This document shows positions 35,545-44,615 of a DNA stretch of 64,000 nt, piece after piece. A program made the position numbers and the translations under genes. The stretch covers positions 92,598 to 156,597 of the forward strand of contig CAZOAJ010000002.1 in NCBI GenBank assembly GCA_964577935.1, in the 5' to 3' direction. Below the pieces are notes generated by a model. The model saw nothing but the letters and a program-made list of their open reading frames with translations, made no database searches and was not told the DNA's origin. Source of the DNA: an uncultured bacterium (GTDB lineage Bacteria; Chlamydiota; Chlamydiia; Chlamydiales; FEN-1388). How positions within the stretch are numbered: the first letter of the stretch is position 1; every line of letters begins with the position of its first letter.

Positions 35545-36300
35545 ATGAAGCGCCGTTTTTCATTTCATGAAAAAGCCTTCAAAGAACTTTCCAGCAGACA
35601 GCAGCATAAGAAATGTGCTGAAGTCATCCGGGAGCTCTATACCACCTCAAATGAAATCTTATGGATCGAATACAACAAACTACTTGGGTGGATGGAGCCT
35701 CGGATTGATCTTCCACAGATCTCTCTTTATTCAAAAGAAACTCTCTCAGACCTTTATCATAAACATCTTAAGATCGCTGAAATCTCACTGCAAGAGGCCG
35801 ACTTCCTCCCTAAAGTGCAGATAATAGATAAACTCGAGGCATCCCCCTGGCTTGGAATCACGACATTGCTCGATAGAATTCGCTCTCTTCATAATATCGG
35901 AAGCATTATGAGAACAATCGAAGCATTTCGGCTTGGGCCCATGGTACTGTCAGACGAATCATTCGATATTGATATTAAGCGTTTAAATAAGAGTGCAATG
36001 GGATCAGAATCGGAAGTGAGATTCGTAAAACAATCTGACTGCTCAGAAGAAATCCTCAAAACACCTTTGATTGCCTTAGAAACTATAGAGAATGCAACTC
36101 CCTATTATTCCTTTTCATTTCCTGAGGAGTGCACTATAATTGTTGGAAATGAAGAAAGCGGGATAAGCGAAAAACTTCTTAAAAAAGCAGATCATTGCAT
36201 CTCAATTCCACTTCGCGGTAAAAAAAACTCCCTAAATGTCGCCAATGCCTTTGCAATAGTCGCTGCAGAAATTGCGGCACAAAGGACACGCCATAAATAA
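35545..36300 (+). CDS. SpoU/TrmH-family RNA 2'-O-methyltransferase
   Basis: SPOUT motifs: NIGSIMRTIEAF, IIVGNEESGIS, SIPLRGKKNSLNVANAFAIVAAEI. The ATG at 35545 has a GAGG Shine-Dalgarno sequence upstream. The track ORF opens at a GTG at 35536. Confidence 0.85.
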   Translation: MKRRFSFHEKAFKELSSRQQHKKCAEVIRELYTTSNEILWIEYNKLLGWMEPRIDLPQISLYSKETLSDLYHKHLKIAEISLQEADFLPKVQIIDKLEASPWLGITTLLDRIRSLHNIGSIMRTIEAFRLGPMVLSDESFDIDIKRLNKSAMGSESEVRFVKQSDCSEEILKTPLIALETIENATPYYSFSFPEECTIIVGNEESGISEKLLKKADHCISIPLRGKKNSLNVANAFAIVAAEIAAQRTRHK

Positions 36301-36329
36301 GCCTTCTCTACATAAGGACTATTGCTTGT

Positions 36330-37007
36330 ATGACCTCTAAGAAAGATGAAGCCCTCAGAATAAAAGCTGCCAAGACCCAATTCCCCTCTCCCATACTTCC
36401 ATCAAATCTTACAGATGAAGAAAAAATTACAGCAATTGCAGCACATTTTCAAGAGATCATGTCGATTTTAGGACTGGATCTTAATGATCACTCTCTCCAG
36501 CAAACACCTACTCGCGTTGCCCGAATGTATGTACAAGAGGTGTTTAAAGGAATCTCTCTCGATGCATTTCCAGAAATCTCTCTTTTCAGAGAAGATATGT
36601 CAGAGAGCAATTACCAAGGTGTTGTTGTAACTAAAGCTCGATTTACAAGCTTTTGTGAACACCACTTCGTTCCCATGATTGGGGTCGCCTGCGTCGGCTA
36701 TATTCCCAGAGGCAAAGTGATAGGCCTTTCAAAGATCTCTCGTATTGTACGCTATTTTTCTGCCCGTCCTCAACTTCAGGAACGACTTTCAGCACAGATT
36801 GCAGACTGCCTTTCAATCTTGCTCGGCCATGAAGATGTTGCTGTAACCATCCAAGCACAGCACACATGCGTAATGTCTCGAGGAGCCAAAGATGAAAGCG
36901 GGCTCACTTCAACATCATACACCCGTGGCGTTTTTCACAGCGACGCAAACATACGTCGCGATTTTTACTCTCTTGTTGACCAGATGCTTTCGCAAGAGAA
37001 AAATTAG
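36330..37007 (+). CDS. folE: GTP cyclohydrolase I (type 1)
   Basis: FTSFCEHHFVPMIGVACVGYIP.GKVIGLSKISRIV..FSARPQLQERL and QAQHTCVMSRG motifs. Confidence 0.95.
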   Translation: MTSKKDEALRIKAAKTQFPSPILPSNLTDEEKITAIAAHFQEIMSILGLDLNDHSLQQTPTRVARMYVQEVFKGISLDAFPEISLFREDMSESNYQGVVVTKARFTSFCEHHFVPMIGVACVGYIPRGKVIGLSKISRIVRYFSARPQLQERLSAQIADCLSILLGHEDVAVTIQAQHTCVMSRGAKDESGLTSTSYTRGVFHSDANIRRDFYSLVDQMLSQEKN

Positions 37008-37049
37008 ATAGGTACGAGCCGCGCGAAACTTAATGAATTTTCCCGCTTT

Positions 37050-38063
37050 TTATTCTGATTCAAAAATTTTGAGAATATCCTCAGAAAGGTCACGTTCATC
37101 TATATGATCAAGTAGAGCAGGCAGATTTGATTGGTTTGATCTTTTTTTCGAATCATCTTCGAGGATGAGGTTTTTTCGAGCTTGAAGGTTTGATTGAATT
37201 TCTTCATCGGCAATATCCAGTGTCAAATCTGGGCCTATTAGATGCACCACTCTAGCTTTGTTGAGTAAATCTAATTTTTTCCATTCAAGCTTCTGTTGAT
37301 CTTTTAACTCAGGAGTAAAACCAAATTTTATATAGGTAACTAAAGCGCTGGGATTAAAAGTAGACTCGAGACTTACTTTTACACAATTATGTTTTGTAAT
37401 ATCACTCAAAGCGGTCGTTAAAAGAATGTTTCCATATCCTTTATTATGAGATTCACTTCGTACCGCGAATAAGAGAATTTCACCTGTTGATTCGGAGCCT
37501 TGTTTGTTTTTATTGATAGAATAATGGACGGTTCCTTCTATTTGCCCAGAGTTCACATTTTCGAGAACTATACACCGGAAAAGTTGATTGATTATCCTAG
37601 CACGACCTTCGAGTTCGCATAAAATATCGACATCATTTTCACAATGATATAGAGGTTTAAACCATATTTTCGAGGTATTTTCATGCTCATTCCAAAACTC
37701 TATTTGAATCGGATCAGGATCCTCCTTTAGCAAGACAAAATCCGAAACATACCCACCATTACCTAAAGCAAAAATCTCTCCTAATTGCTTATTATCCTCA
37801 AGGGACGGATATCGAAGCACAAGCCCTCTTTTTCTAAGCGCAGAAGTAATTCTATCGTCGACCCCCAAAAGAGGGTTCGTTTCCAAAGACTCTGAAGGCT
37901 GCATATCATCGATAAATCCGCTCAAATTTTGAAAATATCGAGGGACAAACAAATCATTCTCTGCATTAGAAAGACTATCATTATGAATGAGAGGCTCTAC
38001 ACCTGGAAAATCGAAAGCTTTCAGAGAAGAACATCCGCAGATGTCTGAATAATAATTGTACAT
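37050..38063 (-). CDS. GNAT-family N-acetyltransferase with an unrecognised ~170-aa N-terminal domain
   Basis: The C-terminal half has the GNAT motif A context (LLFAVRSESHNKGYGNILLTTAL...VSLES..NPSALVTYIKFGF). The upstream region is AT-rich. Confidence 0.6.
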   Translation of the reverse strand: MYNYYSDICGCSSLKAFDFPGVEPLIHNDSLSNAENDLFVPRYFQNLSGFIDDMQPSESLETNPLLGVDDRITSALRKRGLVLRYPSLEDNKQLGEIFALGNGGYVSDFVLLKEDPDPIQIEFWNEHENTSKIWFKPLYHCENDVDILCELEGRARIINQLFRCIVLENVNSGQIEGTVHYSINKNKQGSESTGEILLFAVRSESHNKGYGNILLTTALSDITKHNCVKVSLESTFNPSALVTYIKFGFTPELKDQQKLEWKKLDLLNKARVVHLIGPDLTLDIADEEIQSNLQARKNLILEDDSKKRSNQSNLPALLDHIDERDLSEDILKIFESE

Positions 38064-38204
38064 TATTTTTGAATTATTTTTTGATAATTATAATAAATTA
38101 AAAATTAATACAAAATAAAATCTTGCGATTAAAAGTTATACACTCTGAAAGTATGTGGCGCGAATGGCGGATTCACGTACACTACCCACCGAAGAGCACT
38201 ACTT

Positions 38205-39420
38205 ATGACTGAATTGAATGCTAAAGATCTAAAATTTGCGCGAAGACTACGCCGTTATCCAGATATTCGACGCTTTGTGTAAGAGATGCCTGATACGGCT
38301 GAATTAAGGAATAATTCAGTCGAAACAACAGATGATGCTGAAGATGCCTTCAGCATGGGAAAAGCCAGACCGCATCAAAAAAAAACATCAGGTGATATAC
38401 ACATCCCTCGTGCCAATCTCAATTGAAGAACAAGGCTTCCTAAAACAAGGACGTAGAGTACATCCTTTCATTCAAAAAATACCATATATCTAACAAAAGC
38501 TACTCCAGGCGACTTTCTCGAATCATTGTGGATTTTGGATCAGGGCCTCTATTTGGACAAGCTGTTAAGAGGATTAAAGAACATTACGATGTCCAAGTTC
38601 CGGTTAGCAGAAAAAAAATCTCACTGAGAACGTGGCTAAAAAAGCAAAAAAATAATCCGCAGCGATGCAATCAGGACATATCAACGACTTGAAAAAAGCG
38701 ATCAGTTCATTTCAGATGCTGATGGAGGTATGGATCCCTATTGTTGAACATGACCAAACAGTCAAAGACAAACGAAAGAAGAAAAATGCCCTATGGAAAG
38801 CGGTTCGTATGGGAGTGCAGAGGAATAAGGAGGTCGAATGAAAATATTCTGCGGCTTACCCTATAGAAGATTTATGCGTAGCCAAGGTTCTTGGCATTGC
38901 AGACGAAACTAAAGTCCATGTTGTAGGCAACGGGACACCTTGCATCAAAGATTTTTTTAATCGACTGTATGGCAATCGGGCTCCATATCTTGTGGACTTT
39001 TTCCACATAGCAGAATGCCTCACTCTCGCCTCTGATCTATCTAGCGAGCAAGAAGATCTGGTTTCAAGACGCGAAAGAACAAATGAAGACGGGCAAGCTG
39101 GCTGGAGTATTGAAAGACCTCTCAGCAGCTCATTTGATAGGCCCAAACCATAAGGGAATTGCGGATTGCCTGCGGCATATCAATAATAGCAATGGGCAGT
39201 TTGCCTATAAAACGCAATCGATAAAAAGCTTCCAATAGGTTCAGGCAAAGTAGAGAGCTCTCATCAAACCCTCATTCAGTCAAGGCTGAAATTGGCAGAA
39301 AGTTGGTGGCTGGAAGAAAATGCAGAGGGCATGGCCCATTTACGAGCAAATGGGAGGTCGGCGTTATTATGGAATGATCAAAACTGCAATAAACTTACCG
39401 AATTAAAGATGGCTGGATGA
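38205..39420 (+). pseudogene. ISKra4-like transposase pseudogene (multiple frameshifts and stops)
   Basis: Segments recognised in shifting frames: IVDFGSGPLFGQAVKRIKEHYDVQVPVS; DADGGM then (+1) IPIVEHDQTVKDKRKKKNALWKAVRMG; VHVVGNGTPCIKDFFNRLYGNRAPYLVDFFHIAE; LPIGSGKVESSHQTLIQSRLKLAESWWLEENAEGMAHLRANG (39229..39420). Element ends were not identified. Confidence 0.7.
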
Positions 39421-39511
39421 GAGAGCACAACTTTTAATCACATCCAATATAAAGCTACATACTTGTGAGTTAAAATTTTTTCTTCGAAAAATATGTTTTT
39501 ACTTGGTGCTA

Positions 39512-40573
39512 TTACTCGCTTCTTTCTTGCTCTAATTTATTCGTCATAACGCATCTAAATCCCAAGTGATTTAAACTGGTATCAGGACATGTTTTCATGC
39601 GCGCTGAAATTCTATATCCCTTGCAATAGCTATCATGACACAAAAAAGAGCCTCCCTTATGAACTCTTTTTACTGCATATGGCTCTTCTGGATCAAAACT
39701 CACCTGAGGACCCATAGGATTTATTGAAATGCCATTTTGAGCTTTTTGCGCATAATAATTCGCATGGTAAAAATCAGAACACCACTCCCAAACATTCCCC
39801 GACATGTCATAGAGGCCATAGGGATTTGGGGGAAAAGATTTCACTTTTGTAGTCCCAAATGAACCATCTAGTTTAGTACTTTCATGTGGGAATGTTCCAT
39901 GCCATATATTCGCCATTGGAGCTTTCTCTGAATATTCGTCATTTCCCCAAGGATATTTAACCCGATCAATACCCCCACAAGCAGCAAACTCCCACTCAGC
40001 TTCGGTAGGAAGACGTTTTCCAGCCCAGCTTGCATAAGCATTCGCATCAAACCAAGAGATGTGAACGACAGGATGCTCTTCCTTCCCCTCTATTGAGCTT
40101 TTAGGCCCCAGTGGATGTTTCCAATCAGCACCTGGCTCCCAGCTCCACCATGACCTATTGGAATTCAGAGAAATAGGCCCCGTTGGCGGCATAAATACCA
40201 AAGATGCTGCAACCAATAACTCAGGAGCCGGAGGAGCTGTTCCCTTTGGAACCTGGCTCATAATTTCGTCGAGTGTTGGGGCTTTTTCGGCAGTCGTGAT
40301 ATACCCTGTAGCATCTACAAATGCTTTGAAGTCTCTATTTGTTACCGGAGTAGCATCCATCCAAAACCCATCGACTCGAACTCGATGGAGAGGCTTTTCG
40401 TCAAATTGCGCTTCAGCGGCATCAGATCCCATAGTAAATTCACCACCAGGAATCCAGACCATGCCAATCTCTTCTTTCTTTGGGGTCTTTTCTGATGGAA
40501 GGGGCGAGCTACAACTAGTTGTAAAACTTGAAGTTATCATAAAACATAGAAGAACTAAGCAGAATCGCTTCAT
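39512..40573 (-). CDS. formylglycine-generating enzyme (FGE/SUMF1) family protein, exported
   Basis: MVWIPGGEFTMGSD, HRVRVDGFWMD..PVTN, GNVWEWCSDFY, and the catalytic cysteine pair context GGSFLCHDSYCKGYR. N-terminal signal sequence or possible lipobox (SFTTSC). Confidence 0.9.
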   Translation of the reverse strand: MKRFCLVLLCFMITSSFTTSCSSPLPSEKTPKKEEIGMVWIPGGEFTMGSDAAEAQFDEKPLHRVRVDGFWMDATPVTNRDFKAFVDATGYITTAEKAPTLDEIMSQVPKGTAPPAPELLVAASLVFMPPTGPISLNSNRSWWSWEPGADWKHPLGPKSSIEGKEEHPVVHISWFDANAYASWAGKRLPTEAEWEFAACGGIDRVKYPWGNDEYSEKAPMANIWHGTFPHESTKLDGSFGTTKVKSFPPNPYGLYDMSGNVWEWCSDFYHANYYAQKAQNGISINPMGPQVSFDPEEPYAVKRVHKGGSFLCHDSYCKGYRISARMKTCPDTSLNHLGFRCVMTNKLEQERSE

Positions 40574-40736
40574 GATGATGGAAGTCCCCCAAAACGGTTG
40601 CCCTTTGATATCACTTCAAATAGTTCATGATCAAATGTTTATTTGATCATGAACCACACGACTCCCACCGCCTAAAATTGGAATCCACTCTTTCCTTAGA
40701 AAAAAATAACAAGGAAAGAGTGGACCTAGATATCGA

Positions 40737-41915
40737 TTATGAGCTAAGAGGAGCTGCTTTTTTTAAGCACACAGCAAAGAAACCATCCATACCACCTGTT
40801 TTAGGCAGGCTTTTGAAAGGCACGCCTACAATCTCAAGATTATATTCTGAACAGAAACGAGCAACCTGCTCTTCATTTTCCTCAGGAAGGATACTACAAG
40901 TTGCATATACAACATGTCCTGATGGTTTCAAGAATCGTAAAGCTTCCCTCATTACCTCTTGCTGCAATTTGATACAGCCATCAAGGAATTCCTGATTAAA
41001 TCGCAACTTCATATCGGGATTACGTCGAAGCGTTCCAGTTCCTGTGCATGGAGCGTCAACAAATATCCAATCCATCCTTCCTGCAAGAATTCGCTTTTTC
41101 CTCTTATCCTCGAATGTCATGGTTTGACTATTCTGAATGCCCGCCCTTCTTAACCTCTGACGAGCACTTTCAAGAGCCTCTTTACGAATATCATGAAGAT
41201 ATACCTGACCCTTGCCAGCTAATTTATGAGCAAATGCCAAAGTTTTACCACCAGAACCTGCACAATAATCAAGAACCTCATCACCCGGTTTTATCTTCAT
41301 AAGATCGGCGATTAACTGAGATCCTTCGTCTTGCATCTCGAAAAAGCCATCTCGGAATGCTTGAAGTTGAAAGAGCTGCGCTCGTTGTTGAAGATGAAGC
41401 CCGTATGGAGAAAGCTCTGTAGGCTTCGCTTCGATTCCCTCTTTTTGTAAAAGCTCAATTAACTGGTCTCTATTGCACTTAAGAGGATTCACTCGAAGTG
41501 TTGTTGGAGCCTCTTGATTACATGAAAGCGCGATTTCGACAGCCTTTTCCTTACCATACGCTTTTTCAATAAGTGAGTACAAAAGCTCTGGAAAACTGAC
41601 ACGTTGCCAAGCAGGAAGCGACTCATCCTCTAAAAACTTCTTTGGATCAAAGTCTTTAAGGTAGTTAATAACATCTTGCCAGCACCAATCCCCTTCATGC
41701 TCCTTTTTGACCTGAGACAGAAGCAAGCCTTGCCAGCGAATAATTTGATAAATCCGTCTGCCTACATCTGCTCGATCTTTAGATCCAAGAGCAGGTGTAT
41801 GACGAAAATAATTAGACAAAAATAGGTCAAAAGGACCTTTTTTGGGATCAAATTCTCTTAGGATTTGAGCCAGATGCAGGTCCCGAAATTGTTCAGCTTT
41901 TGGCGAAATAGTCAT
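40737..41915 (-). CDS. rsmB: NOL1/NOP2/Sun-family RNA m5C methyltransferase (RsmB/RsmF-like)
   Basis: DYCAGSGGKT (SAM motif I), VDAPCTGTGTLRRNPD (motif IV Cys) and VYATCSILPEENE (motif VI Cys). Confidence 0.88.
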   Translation of the reverse strand: MTISPKAEQFRDLHLAQILREFDPKKGPFDLFLSNYFRHTPALGSKDRADVGRRIYQIIRWQGLLLSQVKKEHEGDWCWQDVINYLKDFDPKKFLEDESLPAWQRVSFPELLYSLIEKAYGKEKAVEIALSCNQEAPTTLRVNPLKCNRDQLIELLQKEGIEAKPTELSPYGLHLQQRAQLFQLQAFRDGFFEMQDEGSQLIADLMKIKPGDEVLDYCAGSGGKTLAFAHKLAGKGQVYLHDIRKEALESARQRLRRAGIQNSQTMTFEDKRKKRILAGRMDWIFVDAPCTGTGTLRRNPDMKLRFNQEFLDGCIKLQQEVMREALRFLKPSGHVVYATCSILPEENEEQVARFCSEYNLEIVGVPFKSLPKTGGMDGFFAVCLKKAAPLSS

Positions 41916-41978
41916 GAGTTACTTGTGTCTGAAGTGTAAATATGTCATACAGTATATCCTAATTATACCTATTAAGAC

Positions 41979-43550
41979 ATGTTCATTTCACTCTTCATTT
42001 CTTCGCTGCTTTTGGGATTTGGTATTCCCTCTTTTTCTCAGCCACTTGCACTCGCCGCCTCATTATTTGGGCTTGTACCGTTATTATATACGAATAGAAA
42101 TCTTTCATTTTCAAAGAGATTTTGGAGAGCAACTTGCACACTTTCAATCGCCTACGCCATTCAACTTTCTTGGTTTTGCTCACATCCTTATGCCTACATT
42201 TATCCTGCATGGATCCTTCTCAGTCTTTTTCTGGCGATGCAACTAGCGCTTCCACTCGCATTTCTATCGAATAAACATCTTGAGAGTCCAGCTTTCATTG
42301 GGTGGATTGCGCTTGCAATAGCTCTTATTGAATATGGAAGACATTTTGTTCTTTGCGGATTCAGTCTCTATCCACTGGGCTTAAGTCTAACCGCTTATTC
42401 CCCATCTCGACTTTCTCTCATCTACCTCGGAATGAATGGGTTGACCTTCATTTTGGTCTTTGCTCAAGGACTTCTCACAAGAGCCTATTCCTATAAAGTA
42501 GCCATAACTCCTGCCATCATCGCTGTGTTTCTTCCCTACTTTTTTGGAGCGGTTCTTCCCCTCCCTAAAACTGTAGACCAGGGACAATTACGGGTAGGCG
42601 TTATCGATACCAATGAACCTCCAGATATCGAACCGCAAATAAACACCCTTCTTAATGCAGCCCAGAATAATATGTACAGATTGATTCAGCTGACGGGAAG
42701 AGCAAAACAAAATGGCACTGAACTCCTTATAACGCCAGAAGTCTACATCCCCTTTTCTCCTGACAGCCAGCTCTATCCATTCAGCGAAATCCGAAAAATG
42801 ATGTCACAATCAGGACTTTCATTTGAGATCGAAAGAGAAACTAATAGCACAAACAAAGTCCTTACAACTCTTGAAGCCCTTTCAGAGGTTTCGAGAGCAT
42901 CTCAAATTACGCTGATCGTCGGACTTGAAGGGCGAGACACAAGTGATTCTGTTATTCGATGTTTTAACTCCGCTTACATATTCTATCCGACCCAAATTCC
43001 TTCTATTCGTTATGACAAACAGGCTCTTGTGCCTCTCGGCGAATATATTCCTTTTGACTTTCTGCAGCCGGCTCTATCTCAGTACGGCATTTTAGGAGCT
43101 TTCGAACATGGGAAAACAGCAACCATATTCCCGTTTAAACAATTCAAATTAGCCCCTACAATATGTTATGAAGAAACTTTTTCAACAATTGTTAAGAAAC
43201 AAAAGCGCTTGGGGGCAGACATCATTATTAATGTCACAAACGATAACTGGTTTCCAGATTCACGCTTGCAACGAGACCATTTTGAACATGCAAGAATCAT
43301 CTCTACAGAACTCGGAACAAGCCTTATACGAGCATGCAATATGGGCTTAAGCGCTATTACAGACGAAGATGGAAATGAAGTCCCTCTGAAAGAAGAAGCT
43401 CGAATAGGAACTACACGACTTCTTATAGCTCAAATGAATGTAAGAACAAGAACAACACCTTTTGAAATTATCGGGAATAAGGGATCCCTCCTCATTCTCT
43501 TGTGCTTCTGTATTTTTATGCAGCTTATCCCTTCAAAGCGCGCCAGGTAG
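41979..43550 (+). CDS. lnt: apolipoprotein N-acyltransferase
   Basis: Polytopic N-terminal half plus a CN-hydrolase domain (LLITPEV..., PTICYEETF catalytic Cys, NVTNDNWF). 523 aa. Confidence 0.9.
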   Translation: MFISLFISSLLLGFGIPSFSQPLALAASLFGLVPLLYTNRNLSFSKRFWRATCTLSIAYAIQLSWFCSHPYAYIYPAWILLSLFLAMQLALPLAFLSNKHLESPAFIGWIALAIALIEYGRHFVLCGFSLYPLGLSLTAYSPSRLSLIYLGMNGLTFILVFAQGLLTRAYSYKVAITPAIIAVFLPYFFGAVLPLPKTVDQGQLRVGVIDTNEPPDIEPQINTLLNAAQNNMYRLIQLTGRAKQNGTELLITPEVYIPFSPDSQLYPFSEIRKMMSQSGLSFEIERETNSTNKVLTTLEALSEVSRASQITLIVGLEGRDTSDSVIRCFNSAYIFYPTQIPSIRYDKQALVPLGEYIPFDFLQPALSQYGILGAFEHGKTATIFPFKQFKLAPTICYEETFSTIVKKQKRLGADIIINVTNDNWFPDSRLQRDHFEHARIISTELGTSLIRACNMGLSAITDEDGNEVPLKEEARIGTTRLLIAQMNVRTRTTPFEIIGNKGSLLILLCFCIFMQLIPSKRAR

Positions 43551-44343
43551 CTAGAAGCTTAAGAACCTGTTTCTCTGTAGCGGGTCTTAAAACAGTAAGT
43601 CCTGGTTTAATACCCTCTTCAGAAAGCTCAAAAGCTCTCATTGTATTGCATATACGACCATCAAGCCTCACTCCAACCCCTTTAATTCCTGCCATATTGC
43701 CCCAATCACCAAACATTTCAAGAGTCATCTCGCATGCTGTGATGAGAAAGATAATATTCTTTCCAGCATACTGCTCTATTGTTTCAAAAATTTTCTCGCC
43801 AATATAGTGGATGGTAGGAATCAGAAGAGGGACCGTATTCTCTTTTGGAAGTGTATGGATTGATTTCCCTATAAAACATTGCCTGCATATAGGATTTGAA
43901 AGATCTCGGACACACTTTGGTGTAAACCGACCTGAAGGACACTCATGGGGTTTTTCGCAATATGAAAAACCTACAACGAAAATCGTATTTTCTTGAGCCA
44001 TCTCCGCATAAAGTTCATCTAAGCTGGAGATGCCATATAAGAAAAAGTCATCTTCCCTTACGTAGCTTTTGCCCATGAAAAGAGATTTTAGATAGCGATA
44101 GGCATAACGTATTGGATGCTTGAGAATAAAGCGCGTAATTCGAAATCCCTCGTCCTTCTTGAGCATCCACTTGAAACTTTTCCATTTCAATCGATGTCGT
44201 GTGCGTTCTTCGATTCCGGGAATTTTTGGCAAAACCTTGAGCCCTTGAATGGGTTTCTTTTCAGCCGCATCAAGCGCTTCTTTGTCCCATTTCTCTTCAG
44301 CCTCTTCCCAAGACTTAAATGAATCCCAATACCTTTCTTCCAT
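43525..44343 (-). CDS. cysteine-rich conserved hypothetical protein (DUF116-like)
   Basis: CEKPHECPSGRFTPKCVRDLSNPICRQCFIGK cysteine cluster followed by an alpha/beta-looking C-terminal half. The 3' end overlaps lnt convergently by 26 nt. The family assignment is tentative. Confidence 0.4.
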   Translation of the reverse strand: MEERYWDSFKSWEEAEEKWDKEALDAAEKKPIQGLKVLPKIPGIEERTRHRLKWKSFKWMLKKDEGFRITRFILKHPIRYAYRYLKSLFMGKSYVREDDFFLYGISSLDELYAEMAQENTIFVVGFSYCEKPHECPSGRFTPKCVRDLSNPICRQCFIGKSIHTLPKENTVPLLIPTIHYIGEKIFETIEQYAGKNIIFLITACEMTLEMFGDWGNMAGIKGVGVRLDGRICNTMRAFELSEEGIKPGLTVLRPATEKQVLKLLATWRALKG

Positions 44344-44388
44344 ATCTCATCGAAAATAATGGGACGGATTATACTCTATTGTCACATT

Positions 44389-44483
44389 AAATAGGGTGCA
44401 CTAGAAATAGGCTGCACTAGACCTCAACGGATTTTTACCTAACGGTTCTTAAAGCATAGTTCTTAAAGCTCAGAGATCTCTGA
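44389..44483. repeat. cluster of intergenic repeats: tandem 16-mers, an 11-mer direct repeat and a perfect 14-bp palindrome
   Basis: AAATAGGGTGCACTAG (44389..44404) and AAATAGGCTGCACTAG (44405..44420). GTTCTTAAAGC at 44445..44455 and 44459..44469. TCAGAGATCTCTGA at 44470..44483. Located between divergent genes. Confidence 0.85.
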
Positions 44484-44615
44484 ACTCAAACATCCTACAG
44501 ACTCAAGTTAGAAAGTATCGTTTGAGAAAAATTGCCAACAATCAAATCTGCCCCTATCATCCTCGACATCTAGACCCTATATGATCGTTGATTTTATATA
44601 TCGTGAGGGAATGTA

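Noticed and set aside
28439-38204. Composite transposon or mobile island delimited by the two IS relics
   Set aside because: The two relics belong to unrelated IS families and are both heavily decayed. The intervening genes include clear housekeeping functions (ABC-F, TrmH, FolE, Mip).
38856-39146. 96-aa minus-strand ORF
   Set aside because: It lies antisense within the ISKra4-like transposase pseudogene, whose plus-strand frames carry clear family motifs.
40158-40995. Plus-strand ORFs 40158..40646 (162 aa) and 40627..40995 (122 aa)
   Set aside because: Both lie antisense to the well-supported FGE and RsmB-family genes and have no motifs. Other antisense or overlapping ORFs in the track were disregarded for the same reason, for example 1483..1680, 13161..13472, 15982..16344, 19400..19822, 41914..42246, 46533..46868, 57803..58183 and 63440..63664.
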